Assembly (NCBI RefSeq): GCF_964355755.1
Contig: NC_092675.1
Coordinates: 25,702,912-25,766,911 of the forward strand
Length of the DNA: 64,000 bases
Origin: Antedon mediterranea
Lineage: Eukaryota > Animalia > Echinodermata
Direction of reading: 5' to 3'
Shown here: positions 1 to 13,000 of the stretch, piece by piece
Layout: every line of letters begins with the position of its first letter
Numbering within the stretch: position 1 is the stretch's first letter
Notes under the pieces: generated by a model
The model's database searches: none
The model's input: the letters and a program-made list of their open reading frames with translations, nothing else
Told to the model about the DNA's origin: nothing
Position numbers and translations under genes: made by a program

Positions 1-657
1 ACCATAGTCTAATCAACCTATATTATCGATGGGCAGTTAGTTATTATACTTTTAAACTATTTTCGACTATGCTGACTCAGCCTGGTATTTTGGTATAAGT
101 TCATTTCTCAAAAAATAAACTCCAGGTAACCTAAAATAAAAGTGTACGGTTTATTCTCGACATCGCCTCGATAGAAACAATTAAACGCGCGCAGTTGGTT
201 ATCTGAACATAAGTTAACTTGTTCAAGCCTTAAATTATACCTTAATGTTGATACCTCTCTAGCAAATAATTTTACAAAGATTTTCAAAGGAAATCAAACG
301 AACATTTTGTAATTCCTAATATCAAAGGGATAGCTTCGAAAACATTTTATTTATGAATAATCTTCCTTCAGATATTAAATAAGCATAAACGTGCTAATAA
401 AGATTCATCTTGGTAATGTTCATGACTACACTGAAAGTAATGAAAACTGTTAAATAATGCTGTAAATTGTTAATGTTATTGTAACTGTTAATTGTTAGTA
501 CAAACACCATTGGAAATAAGCTGTGTCAGCTTTATGGATGTTGTTTAGAGTACCGAAACAAACAAACTGAGTATATCATGTATTTGCATTTTGTGTTTTT
601 TTTTGCCTAACGCATGTTAATGTTACTGGTTATTAACCGTGTGTTGTTTGTTTTAAG

Positions 658-3600
658 CTGAGAGGTTAGCAGGAACAGAGGTTCGTGTTGGAAATAACAA
701 GGCTCCACCGTTTTCGGATAATGCACAATGTGCATTGACTATATCACGAATGGATGCAATCGCAATAAACCCTATAGAGATGTCATGCAACCCACCTATT
801 TCTGGGCGGTATGTCACTGTATATAAACAGATTAGAGGATATCTTACCTTATGTGAAGTAAAGGTTTACACAGGTGAGTACATATTAAATTTGGTAATAA
901 AGCCTTTACAGTTATTGTTCACCATCTATGGAATTTCGACATTGAATTCGTCTAAAAAATCATTAAAAACACATCTTTGTGCCAATTGTAGACCTATGCG
1001 TACAAAACACACCTTTAGAGCCATATGTGGAGGAAAAAAACTAAAATAATACCTACAATTAATTATCTATAGGCCTAATGTATGCTATTTTATTACATTT
1101 TATTACAAAAAAACAACCCGAAAATGTTGGAAAGAAGGAATCCTGCCATCAAACAGCTTTATTTACTAACTGTTAATAATATAACAAACTATAAGAACTA
1201 ACATTGGTTTTGTAGATATTGAAAAACCTGAAGTTGTGTGTCCAGATGATATAGAATTACATGTTGGGAATAATCATCGTTTACATCAAGTTGATTGGAA
1301 TCCTCCTGCAGTTTCTGATAATTTTCATACGGATCTTTCGGCAACCTGTTCTCCATCATCAGATTCTTTATTTCCAGTTGAATTCACCAAAGTTACTTGC
1401 TCAGCAACTGATGCAACTGGAAACAAAGGAAACTGTTCGTTTGTTGTAAATATTGCAGGTCAGGAAACTATTGCTAAAGCTTGGTTCCCACTAGGACGCA
1501 ACACAAGAACGCTTGTGATTGGTCAATTTGCTTACGTTGCGGTAATTACGTCATTGCGTTGCGTCCTAATGGGAACCAAGCTTAATAATGAAGAAAGAAC
1601 TATGATCGAATCTGTAGTTGGGCATAAAGGTACATCTATACAAGTTGTTTGTTTTTTCAGATGATAGGAAACCTGACCTCGTTTGTCCTGAGCATATCAC
1701 GGTGGGAAACAATACTGACCAGTACGAAGATCCAGTAACCTGGAGTGACCCAGCAGTGACCGACAATTTGCATACAAATATATCAGCAACGTGTACACAT
1801 GCATCGGGATCAATATTTGATGTTGGTTCAACTATTGTCACGTGTTCGGCAACAGACGGTACTGGAAATGTGGGAAGTTGTTCATTTGTTGTCCATGTCA
1901 TAGGTCAAACATTTATTTCTAGTAAGCAATACTTGAAACAACTTAACAGTCCTAACTTAGACAATTTCGTATTTATATGTAATGGTAGAAATATAATATT
2001 TAGGCCTATTGAAATACGCAATAGTTGCCACTGTAGACATAAAGTATTACATTATAAAGTTATTTTGTAATTAAATAGTTCGACACATCCCATAACTACG
2101 TCTTACTAAAAGCCAAATTATTACAAATGAAATGTTGACGGCGCAATTTTTGTAACGGTTCCAATCCATCCATGTCGTAACACTTTATATAACGGATCGA
2201 ACGTGATATCAGTCAACAACAGCCAAGCTTCTCAAGTGTCGCGCGCGTGGTTGCTAATACTGCTAAAAAGAACATCAACGTACAAAACTTTGGCATTATA
2301 ATGACATCGCACTCTCAATGGCGTAATAAGAGTGCACTAGAACATTGATTTAATATCATGTGACACACAACCTTTCATTAAAATGACAAAAATATAGGCG
2401 TTGTATAATATTGTTGAACTATATTAATTATATAATTAATTATTATAATGGACATTTGGTTGAATGTCATCATGTTTTATTATGTTGTGTTTAATTATGC
2501 TGTAGGCCTATGTATTGAATGGTAAATGGTCTGTTTGATATTAATATACAAATGAAAATATTTTAGATGATGTACGGCCTGTTCTCACTTGTCCTGGGCA
2601 CATTACCGTTAATGGTGATCAATCCAGGGATCCAATAACTTGGAGTAACCCCACATTGACATATAAAGGTACATTGTCAACGTGTACACCACCATCGGGA
2701 TATGTATTTGACGAGGGGTCAACCATTGTCACGTGCTCGGCTAGAGACAGCAATGGTGAAGTAATAAGATGTTCATTTGTAGTCCATGTTGAAGAGAGAA
2801 TTAATTCAGGTAAGTTATATTATTAATATCACATGACAACATAAATTATAAAAAATGTATTAAATTAAGGACATTCAAATTAAAAAGGTCTTAATAAAAC
2901 ACACATACCAATCACTACATTAGTGAAATATCTTTTTAAAATTTCAATTTTTCTACTTAGGCTTACGTTTAAAGTATAAACACATTTCATAATATTCCAT
3001 TTTAAAAATTAAAAACAAGTTTAAAAATTGGATTTATGTTTACGTTTAAGTTGTTTTTAATTTACAAAAAAAAAAAACGTTTTATTATTGGTAGATCTTG
3101 CTATCGGTATTGTGTGTCCAAGTGACATTACGTTTAATACGGATCAGCCTGTAGTTGTATGGAATGATCCCGAGTTGACAGACAACGTTGGTGGTACTGA
3201 CGTACAGCCAACTTGTAATCCACCATCTGGCGCTACGTTTGAAGTTGGATCAACCAGGGTTACTTGTTTCGCATTTTATCCTATTGTTAACATCAGCTGT
3301 TGGTTTAATGTTGGGAGTACAGAACGTTCTACGCCATTTGCAAGTTAGTAACAGTTAATTACAATTGATGCTTACTGCTAACTCAATTTTCATTAACATA
3401 AATATATCGGTGAGACGTGTCAAAATTTAAATAAAAATGTCAAGTTATCTGGGTCTTCAATAACCTAAATAGATACGATGATAATTATTGTTTGAATTAC
3501 TATTCTTAAAGATCATGCGCAAAGTGCCAGAGGATCAATGGATACCCATTCTCTGTTGTTAGCAGGACTCACGGTCATTATAACGCTTGGTCTTATCGCA

Positions 3601-4658
3601 TCACTTATAGGCCTAATAGTCAGGTAATACTATTTGTTATATTTATTGATAAATGTTGTTTATTTTGAAGACCAAATGCAAATTCTTTGGCATCAAAACC
3701 CCATCTTGGATACGTAGCCAATTCTTCTAACTATGGTTAGCAAGTAACAAATTAAGTATAAACGTTAAAAAGACTGATTTTAGGAACACATCAAAAATTA
3801 AATAAATTGATTAACATGGATATTAATATTAATATAGACGGTACAAAACTTGAAAAAGTAAATAACTGTAAACATTTAGGTGTCTTTATCGATGAAAATT
3901 AAAAATGCATAAACAAATAGATCAAGTGAAAAATAAAGTACTATCAGGTCTGTACTATCCAAAAAAATGCAGCAATATTTTCCCTCAAAATATTCAATCA
4001 TTAATGTACAAATCTATTATAGCCCACCATTTTGACTACTGCAATGTAGTATGGGGTCGTTGTAACCAAACCCTCAAATATAAACTCCAAGTAATCCAAA
4101 ATAGAGCGCCTAAAATAATTACACATAGCCTAAATCTAGGTATCACAGGCGCTCAAAGATTTAAATTGGCCTAATTTAGAAGAAAACCAATATTACAACG
4201 AAGCAGTCGCAATGTATAAAATAATGAATAACTTGACACGATCCTACTTAAGAAACAGGTTCTATGAACGCAAACAAACATATACTACTAGATCAAAAGA
4301 TATTCTAAGTTTACATAAGGCAAACACTGAGTATAAAAAGAAAAGTTTCTCGTATTCTGTGCAAAGCTATGGAATAGTTTAAATGCTATAAACTCAAATG
4401 CAATTACAGCTCCAAATATATATATAATATATTAAAAAAATTATAAATGACCAAAGATAAAATATACTTGAAACTCTATGTTTTTCATGAAATCATTTTT
4501 TTTTTCATAATGTACTGTAAATGATAACTTGTGTAATAGTATAAATAGTTTTGTAGTAAGTAAAGGCCTTGTGAAAAACACCAATATGGTGATTCAAGTG
4601 TCGCATCCGTTTTTAAATAAAGTTCTTCTTCTTCTTCTTATTATTATTATTATTGTTA

Positions 4659-4728
<70 letters not shown>

Positions 4729-4886
4729 GTTAGTATTAGTATTATTATTATTATTATTATAATCTATTTAATGTTAATGACTGATGACTGTTTTATTGTT
4801 TCAGATATCGTAAAAAAAAGAAGAATAAATTTGGAATTAATATGAAAGCAGATGAAGGAACAGTGACATGGGAGCTAATGGAATAA
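658..4886 (+). CDS. F-type lectin-HYRx4-TM receptor, copy 1 (5'-partial; signal and first two lectin exons lie upstream of the window)
   Basis: Exons 658-873 (xERLAGTEVRVGNN...CNPPISGRYVTV...LTLCEVKVY, F-lectin C-half), HYR exons 1216-1458, 1661-1921, 2567-2809, 3095-3343 (P.h.CP..I...V.W..P...DN....TC...SG..F.VG.T.VTC.A.D..GN...CSF.V.V), TM exon 3512-3623 (SLLLAGLTVIITLGLIASLIGLIVR), tail exon 4805-4886 (YRKKKKNKFGINMKADEGTVTWELME*). AG/GT boundaries, consistent frame. Confidence 0.85.
1477..1583. mobile_element. PIF/Harbinger-like MITE (relatives at ~18643-18837, ~33485-33606, ~38789-38915)
   Basis: Terminal inverted repeats AAGCTTGGTTCCCA(C)TAG / CTAATGGGAACCAAGCTT with shared internal CGCTTGTGATTGGTCAATT and TTGCGTTGCGT motifs. 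Confidence 0.72.
3780..4765 (+). mobile_element. Degraded CR1/L2-clade LINE 3' fragment with (TTA)n tail in the last intron of copy 1
   Basis: Disrupted RT C-terminal peptide (LMYKSII..HFDYCNVVWG...KLQVIQNRA..IIT) followed by a (CTT)n(ATT)n microsatellite at ~4622-4760. Confidence 0.8.
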
Positions 4887-4936
4887 TGTTTAATTCAATT
4901 TAAAAAAAATGTTTTTCTAATAGTCTTTTATTATAA

Positions 4937-5751
4937 TTGAATACGTATAATATTAATCATACAGCTGACAGTAATGATTTAAATATACAAATTGGAACCA
5001 GTAAATTAGAACAAGTTGATAGTATAAGGTATCTGGGAGTCGTAATCGATGAAATGTTAACTTGGAAACAAAATACTCAATGTATTAGTAAAAATATTGG
5101 ATATAAAATAACAATGCTAGGTAAAATGGCTAGTAGTTTAAGTAAACCGTTACTAGAAACTCTATATATAAGTACAATTCAGCCTTGTAGTGATTATGCT
5201 ATAACAGTCTGGGGAAATACGACAGAGTTAAACAAAAATATTTTAAAGCGACATCAAAAAAGAGCTGCTCGAATTGTAACTAACAACTTCGATTATATTA
5301 ATGTAAGGGGTGACAACATCATCCAGAACTTATCGTGGCAAACTCTTGAAGAGAAACGAGATTTCTCCCTAGCATGTCTAATGTATAAATGTGTTTACGG
5401 CCTTGCACCAATTAGATTAGTAAATGAAATTGAATTGATTCGCGATATTCACACCCACTTAACACGTGGAGTAGAACATTTGAATGTAACAATACCTAAA
5501 TACACCCTTAGTAAAATGAATTCGTCCTTTAAAGTTGCAGGCGTAAAAATATGGAACAATTTACCAATTAATATTAAATCGGCACCAACAATTACGTCCT
5601 TTAAGGCTAGATACAAATCTCATTTCTTTTCATAAAAAACTGACATGTATTATATTTAATTAAGTTTCTCTTTTGTATATTTTGATTAAGACAGGACCAC
5701 AATGTAAAACAGATACACTGTTATCTGATTGTTTTATCCTGTATAAATATA

Positions 5752-5783
<32 letters not shown>

Positions 5784-5785
5784 AA
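4937..5785 (+). mobile_element. CR1/L2-clade LINE 3' fragment directly after the copy 1 stop codon
   Basis: 232-aa ORF with YLGVVIDEMLTW, LYISTIQP.SDYAITVWG, QKRAARIV, G.KIWNNLP..IK; short 3'UTR and (TTA)n tail to ~5783. Confidence 0.88.
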
Positions 5786-6205
5786 TATTGTAAAACCAAG
5801 GAGATAATAACATTTGATGTACTAGTTTAATTTGCTTACACCAACATTTGAAAAGTAACATTATTGATGCAGATTGTAAAAATAGTTCTGACCAAAGCAG
5901 AAGCAGACAATAAATGATATGTAAATATATATTTGCAATATAATTTGTTGGTTTGGAATATAGATATTTAATTTAATCATCATTGTTCTGTCTTTTTTTG
6001 CTGCTTTGGTCAGAAATATTTGACAATTTTATATTAATTTTAAGTACTCGCATCGATACGCTATTTACATAAATAATAAGTGTTACTTATTATTTATAAT
6101 TTGAGAATATTTCAATGTGAAGAATCTCTCGACTGTTATTTCCATTAATTTACATTTTCATCAGGCGAAACCAATATAATATGATATAATAATATTAAGA
6201 GACGA

Positions 6206-6324
6206 GTTGAACCAAGGCAATCTAACAACCGGACACTGAGCTCGCCTTGTCAAGATCGCAGCCACAGATAAACCATTTGATATCAGGAGCGCAGCATACT
6301 GTTGTTAGATTTCCTTGGTTGAAC
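6206..6324. mobile_element. Short MITE
   Basis: ~24-bp imperfect terminal inverted repeats GTTGAACCAAGGCAATCTAACAAC / GTTGTTAGATTTCCTTGGTTGAAC. Confidence 0.65.
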
Positions 6325-6969
6325 AAATAGGCCTACGTTATATTATTTAAGTGAATCTCAGTTGTTGAAACATGCAGCTCTAAATATGCATTCCTATTAT
6401 AATTATCATTTCACACATGTTTTTTATTACAACTTTATTTAGCAGTTATAACACGAGTGGAAATACTTTAAAACCACTATTTCGCATAACCTTTGTTTAA
6501 AGTATGCTGTAGGACTAACTAATGTACTTGCATACTATGCATGCATAATTCAACAGCCTATGACAATAATTTTTACAGGCAAAGTTGATGGATTAATGTT
6601 TTCGATTAATTTTTGGTATTATGTGACATTAAACATATTCAACCAAATTATTGTAAACAAATATTTTGTATATAGGCCTATCTTTAACAGAAAAACTCAA
6701 ATGATGTTATAAACATGTCGAATATAGAAGATTGGGTCAACCACTTCCCGTTGTACAATCATTAACCGAAGAGTAAAGAGATCAACACTCTCAATAATAG
6801 TAGACCTATTCTTAGAAAACAGATTAACACACGTTCTCACATTCCATCCAATCCTGCATAGTATGTCAATGAAAACGTACGTAAGGACAAATTTCGCGCC
6901 TAATTTGAGATATTTTACTCAACGATAGAAAGTTAAATACATACTTTCTGTACTAATTTTTAACACTTT

Positions 6970-7790
6970 TTTTTTTCTCTTTTGTGGCGTGAACCACCAC
7001 CTTTATTCTTTCATATCATAATTAAATACATTACAAATAAATCAGTAATATCTGTCTTCATATGTTCTTTCTTTAATTATATTGTTTTCCGTTAATATTC
7101 TACATTTTTCTTTATCTTTTTCTGCTCAAAAAAAAAATATCAGTAATTTTTGTAAATTTTAGTTTTTCACATATTGTTTCCAATATTATCCTCCTGCTTT
7201 CATGGTTTGTTATTATTCACATTGTACACAGACAATATACATACCATTTATATACATCTTATAGACATTATATACAAAGATATAAAACAACGTTTAATAA
7301 ATTTATTAGGTACCGGTAACTCTTTTAACATTATATGAGCGTTAGTTTGTTCAGATCTTTAACAATAGACTTAAATACAATCCAAGAGTTTTTACACACT
7401 GGTTTGTTTAATTCAGTTAAAATCTTAATGTTATATATTGAGAAGACAGCAATTGAATATAAGTCATTTTTGTATTCACAATCAGACCCTAAAAGAAGTT
7501 CTCTAAAAGAGCTTCTGCCATTGTCAATATTTTTAAAAATGTTATCTATGTTTGTCCATAAAGTTTTATTTCGTATGCATTCAAAAAACATGTGTTTTTC
7601 GTCTTCAATTACCCCACATAAGTCACATACATTATTCATTTTCACATGCCACTTATGAAGCCTTTGATTAGTCGGAACAATTTTGTTCAACAGCTTGTAA
7701 TTTAGTTGTGCATATTTTTTGTTTTTTTCATTTTTCACTTTTTTTATCCAAACGTCACTCCAATTTATTTTCTGAATTTTTAACACTTAA
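6970..7790 (-). mobile_element. L1/Tx1-clade LINE 3' fragment (zf-RVT region)
   Basis: ORF 7331-7786 has YKLLNKIVPTNQRL.KW....VCDLCG..EDEKHMFFEC, the CCHC motif of L1/Tx1 ORF2; A-rich sequence follows on the minus strand. Confidence 0.75.
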
Positions 7791-8677
7791 TGAAAACCAG
7801 TATAATAATTAGGTTAAGTTAGAAAATTAATTATTGACGATTAAAACAAATAAAGGTTAAACGACTCAAACAGGGTATTTTTCAAGTGTGGACTGGTACA
7901 TACCGTTTGTTGACGCTGAAAATTATCTACAAACAATACGTAATATTACGAGGATTCTTCTCCGTTTACAGTAATTGTTTTTAATTGCTGAATCACGGTA
8001 CACAACTATACATGCATTACTATAATTATTATCAATTACAACGTTAGGCCTAAACTATTAAAAAAAGTTATAAAAATATATAATGTTTTTTTTATACATA
8101 CGTTACTTTTATACATAGTATACGTTTATACATTAATTGCTTGACGGCTATGAATTTGGTTTTTTTCCCGCGAAAACTTTTTGTTTGTTTACTGAAGCCA
8201 CAAAACGGTCTCCTTAAAATTAAGCCCGAACTTTTTTACAAATTACCATAGTACGACACCGATCGGAACTATTATTTCCAAATAAAAAATCGTTATTCTT
8301 CCTCTATGGTTCAATATATACATGTATAAATATTATTCTAGTATGTCATAGTTAGTTGTTTTAATTAGTGTTCCATGACTTTCTCGTCAAAATTAATGTC
8401 TCTCATTGTTGTGCTATGTCAACATAATGTCAATGACGGCGAAATGTCCCCAATAATGGGGATAGATATGCAAACAAGTAACAAGTAAGTAATAGAGAAG
8501 AATATGATTCGAAGAAAATTGTGCGGAGAGATTGAGAGGGGAAAGATCTATACATTCTTTAAAACATTAATTTACACTATTATTCAAACAAGTTACAATG
8601 ATCTTAAATCTATTCCCCCCACCCCACATTATATTATCTAATTTTATCCATAAACTTTTGTAGTAATTATAATCATA

Positions 8678-9837
8678 CTAGATGGTACGCTCGCTTCGCT
8701 CGCGTACCATCTAGGTCGTGCCCACAGATGGTTCTCGAATACACAGTAATTTCAGCGTAACAAAACTGGCGATTTCAAATGTACGTACCGCAGGACTATA
8801 ATACATTGTCGTTTACAGAATCGAATAAATAGACACGATGATTTATGTAGTCAACTAAAATTAGCACCCTGGGAATTACTTCCGAAGGAGAAACTTATCA
8901 CAAAATGAGTCCAAATTTTTGATTTGGACTCATTTAAAGAAACCCAATTTGTGTTTTGTATGTAACATTAGGGTTGAGGGATGGGAAAACGGATAGGTAC
9001 AAAGTGGAACAATTTTTAAATATATTCTTTATCCACTCAGTAACGAAATATTTTTTTCATGTTTTATAGGTCTATAAATAATATACCTCTAAATAAAGTA
9101 AAACATTAATACTTTGTTAAAACTGTCACTGTCATAATCGATTGAAATATCAAAGTACATGTCACGATACACCACTACGGCGTTTATCAGTAATAAAGTT
9201 TATTTGTATATATTTTTATATTACATCTAACAGTATGAACATTCACAGTAAGAAATGTTCGATTCAAATGACGACCAAAAATAGTTAATAGGTATTTACT
9301 GTATTGTCAAAGTATTGCAAGTTTATTCTCAAAGGGCCCATATATTTACCTCCGTATGTGTTAAACCAAGGGCTCATAAATTTACCTACTTGTGTTAAAC
9401 CATGGAGGTATATATTATACCTCCATGGTTAAACCAAACTCTGGGATGTTCCATTCATCGCAAATCAATACATTAATTTGTATAATCGTATATTAAATCT
9501 ATCAAAATAGTATTTTTTTTAGAAAATCGGCCTTTCTTCAACATTATGATGCTGTACTTTAGCTGTTCAACCAGTTTTCAGCTATTAAAAACAATTATCG
9601 TAGGAGGAGATAGGAAAATGCGAAAAACACCCCTATTTGGGGCAAATCGTTGAACCTAAATTCGTTTTAATCGTCAATAACTAATTACCTAACTCAATTT
9701 AATTAGTAAACAGGGTTATGTCAGATGGTTAAAATCAGTACCGAAAGTATGAACCAACTTTATATACCATCGAGGAAAAATTCTATAAATTAACCGAGAT
9801 TTATCGAATTTTGCCCTTACGTAAATTTATATATAGA
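8678..9837 (-). mobile_element. Non-autonomous Helitron
   Basis: Minus strand reads A|TCTATATATAAA at 9837 through CTAG|T at 8678, with the terminal hairpin CTAGATGGTACGC-N11-GCGTACCATCTAG (8678-8714). These are canonical TC/CTRR ends in an AT target. Confidence 0.8.
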
Positions 9838-10032
9838 TTATGATGATATTTGTAACGCTGACAAGATGAAATTTGATCAAATTGGAAAATTTTTGTTTAA
9901 CAGGTGTGTTTATTTTGGTTGAAATTTACACGTTACGTATTCCCTGATGAATACACATTCGCTTATTAAATTATGGAGCTATACATTCATGTTTAAAAGA
10001 ATGTCTTTCGCTGTTGCAAACATTCTTACACA

Positions 10033-13000
10033 ATGTTTGCGTTTGTATACACCATCGTCTGTTTTATGACATTTATGCATATATCGACATGTAGAGTCAT
10101 GTTAACATGCTTCGATACGTTCGAATTAGGTAAGTAATTTTTTTGTCTAACCTAATTTGTGTGCATATATACATAAATATTCGAGGAAATTGTGTAACTA
10201 AACAAAAAAAAATAAGTAATAATAAAATAAACTAGAGGGTACTCCGAGAGTACAAGGCTCCGCCTACTGTAAAATTCACCTACATAAAATGTCTCCGGAT
10301 ATATTTTTTTACAATTTGTTTATTAGCTCTAAATGTAAATAGGCTAACTGCACACTACAAAGTTGTGGATGAGAGTTTGGTATAATGGTTATGTACACAG
10401 CCTCTCACAGTTGAGATCGCTGGTTCAAGTCCGGACTGGACGAAGGGATGGAATTCCCAGACATCGGCGTTCCTATGGTGATTGTAATATCTGCCATTTT
10501 GGACGATATAGCAATATATCATCTCCTGTATGAGCTCAAGAAATGTTTACAATTGATGATATTTTAGGCTGTGTTTGTGGTGTATACCATCAAATAACCG
10601 TAATTTTAAACCTTAGTTTCTATTTTTAAAACTTTGTTTATAGTAGCATCTAGGCCTAATTTAATAATAATAGTGAATCTAATTATTAGTAGGCCGTATT
10701 GTCATAACCATCCCATCATACATTTCGTTTAATTTAAATGCAATTTTCTAGCAGCAATTATTCCACAAAATAATAAATAAATGAAAACAAAAAGCACCTT
10801 TAAAACGGTTGTCAAAATTGTTTAGTGTCAGAGTTGAAACCAGCTACACAAGTTTCAACAGCGTGGTCCGGTTCAGCCTCAAGGGCTGTGGACGGTGGAG
10901 ATTATTTCGGCAGCGGTTCATGCTCGCAAACGGGTAAGTCATATTGCGTATTGCATATTGTTGATGAATGTATTTTCTGTATGAAATAGGCTTAGAAATA
11001 CTTCTAACGTTGTTTTACCAGCATCCATTAAAATATTAACATATTCATATTTTTCAAACTTTTTAAAAATGAGTAAGCCTATATTTTTAAATTTTATAAT
11101 GAAAACTTTGGCTAAATATTTTTATAGGCCTAATCTTAGATTTTATAATCGTCCTTCTCGCCCCAGGTAAACTCTGCTTTCTTTACAACCCATGCAATAG
11201 TGTAAATACCATGCTTAGAAACGATGAGTCTTCAAATGACAATATTTTTCCATTGTCTACAATTCTTCTATTATCACGTTATTGCATGTAGGTTATTTTC
11301 TTTATTTTTCTTATTTTCGTTTGCCTATCTATTTCTTTTATTAAAGGTAGCCTATATACAACGTGGTGGTATGTTGACCTCGAAACGGAAATATTCATTT
11401 CGAAGATTGTTATATTTAACAGAGAAGATTGTTGTTGTAAGATTATATTAATAGTAATTTTAATGCAATTCTCTCTGGGCGGTTTCTTCCTTTTTAAATG
11501 AAATGAAATTAATTTTTCATCTTTTTCTCATTTTCAGATTGTTCAGCGGCGCTTAGAGGCACGCTATATTAAATTATGTTTAAAAGTAGGCCTATTCTAA
11601 GTATTGCATGTGTTTACTAGTCCACAATTGAGAGTGTTGAAAATCACTTAGACCACTGGGGCTTTCGTGGTATTGTTCAAATTCGATTTGATAGCGAGAC
11701 TCGACGTGGTACAGCAGAAGAGCTGAAATATGATTGTTAAGTCTTGTTTTGCATATTTTCAAATATTGCTAGTGCACCTTGGTATAGTAATATAATTGAG
11801 CTCTTTCTTATTTTTGTTTAAGTCGATTCGTTAGCCGGTCTTCGTGTTCTTGTTGGAAATAACAATGTTTCACCATTTTCCGGTAATTCGCAGTGTGGGC
11901 GGATGCTTTCACAATTTGATTCAATCGCAAGCAACCCTATATTAATAACATGCAGGCCACCTATTTCTGGGCGGTATGTTACTTTAATTAAATCAGGTCT
12001 ACGTGACCATCTTTCCTTATGTGAAGTAAAGGTTTACAAAGGTTTGTACATACTTGGTAATAGAACTTTTTTATTTTCTTTTTCGACATCATGAACTGCT
12101 TCATGGCACACATGTAAACTTAATTTGTCTAAAAAAAGCCATTAAAATCACATCTTTCCACCCAGTCAGAGAATCCTATTAATTTCTTAAAATAATAATA
12201 ATAATAGTCTGTTCTTATATAGCGCATATAAGCAGGCTCTCAATGCGCAAAAATAAAAGCAGGAAATATAATAATTGTGATAGTCTAAATTGCACCATGC
12301 AATTATTATTATTGTCATCAATATTGTTATAATAAAATAAACATGTGTATAAAAAATAATATATTTTCGAGAAAAAAAATATAATAAATATATATATTGT
12401 ATTTCTTTATAATAATCTTAATAAAACGAATGGTCGAACAAATGGATGTAAAGTTGTGTAACCAAAAAAATTGCATTAAATTACCGACTGTCGAACTTAA
12501 CAATATAAATAACATTGGTTTTGCAGATATCGGAAAACCTGAAGTTGTGTGTCCAGATGATATAGAAGTAAATGTTGAAAATAATCAGACTTTACATCAA
12601 GTTAATTGGAATCCTCCCGAAGTTTCTGATAATTTTCAGACGGATCTTTTGGCAACCTGTTTTCCATCATCAGGTTCTTTATTTCCAATCGGATTCACCC
12701 AAGTTACTTGTTCAGCAACTGACGCAACTGGCAACGAAGACTACTGTTCGTTTGTTGTAAATATTGCAGGTTGTAACAACATGGATAAAAAGTTTTTTTT
12801 TCAACCTTAATTACTCTCAGGACCCATGGGGAAGTCACATCCGAGCATTTACCTTCTTCAGATTTAAGTTTATTGTTCTGATTCTAATTGCTCATGTTAA
12901 TTGTTTAAGGGTTATTTTTAAAAGCAATTAAAGTTACATAAAACTCTTTGAGAACGTCAGCAACTCATGTTACAATTAGACACAACTGTTTCACTATTTT

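Noticed and set aside
1261-1449. Repeated 62-aa alternative-frame ORF in HYR1 (also 12572, 21608)
   Set aside because: Starts at TTG and results from near-identical paralogous exons; no evidence for dual coding.
1566-1901. Recurrent minus-strand ORFs (MTWTTNEQLPTFP...; also 22282, 35047, 46400) resembling a conserved antisense gene family
   Set aside because: They are shadows of the HYR2 exons; conservation is explained by the sense-strand coding, and no independent splice structure was seen.
4529-4762. 77-aa poly-Leu/Ile ORF that looks like a membrane protein
   Set aside because: Translation of the (CTT)n(ATT)n microsatellite tail of a LINE fragment.
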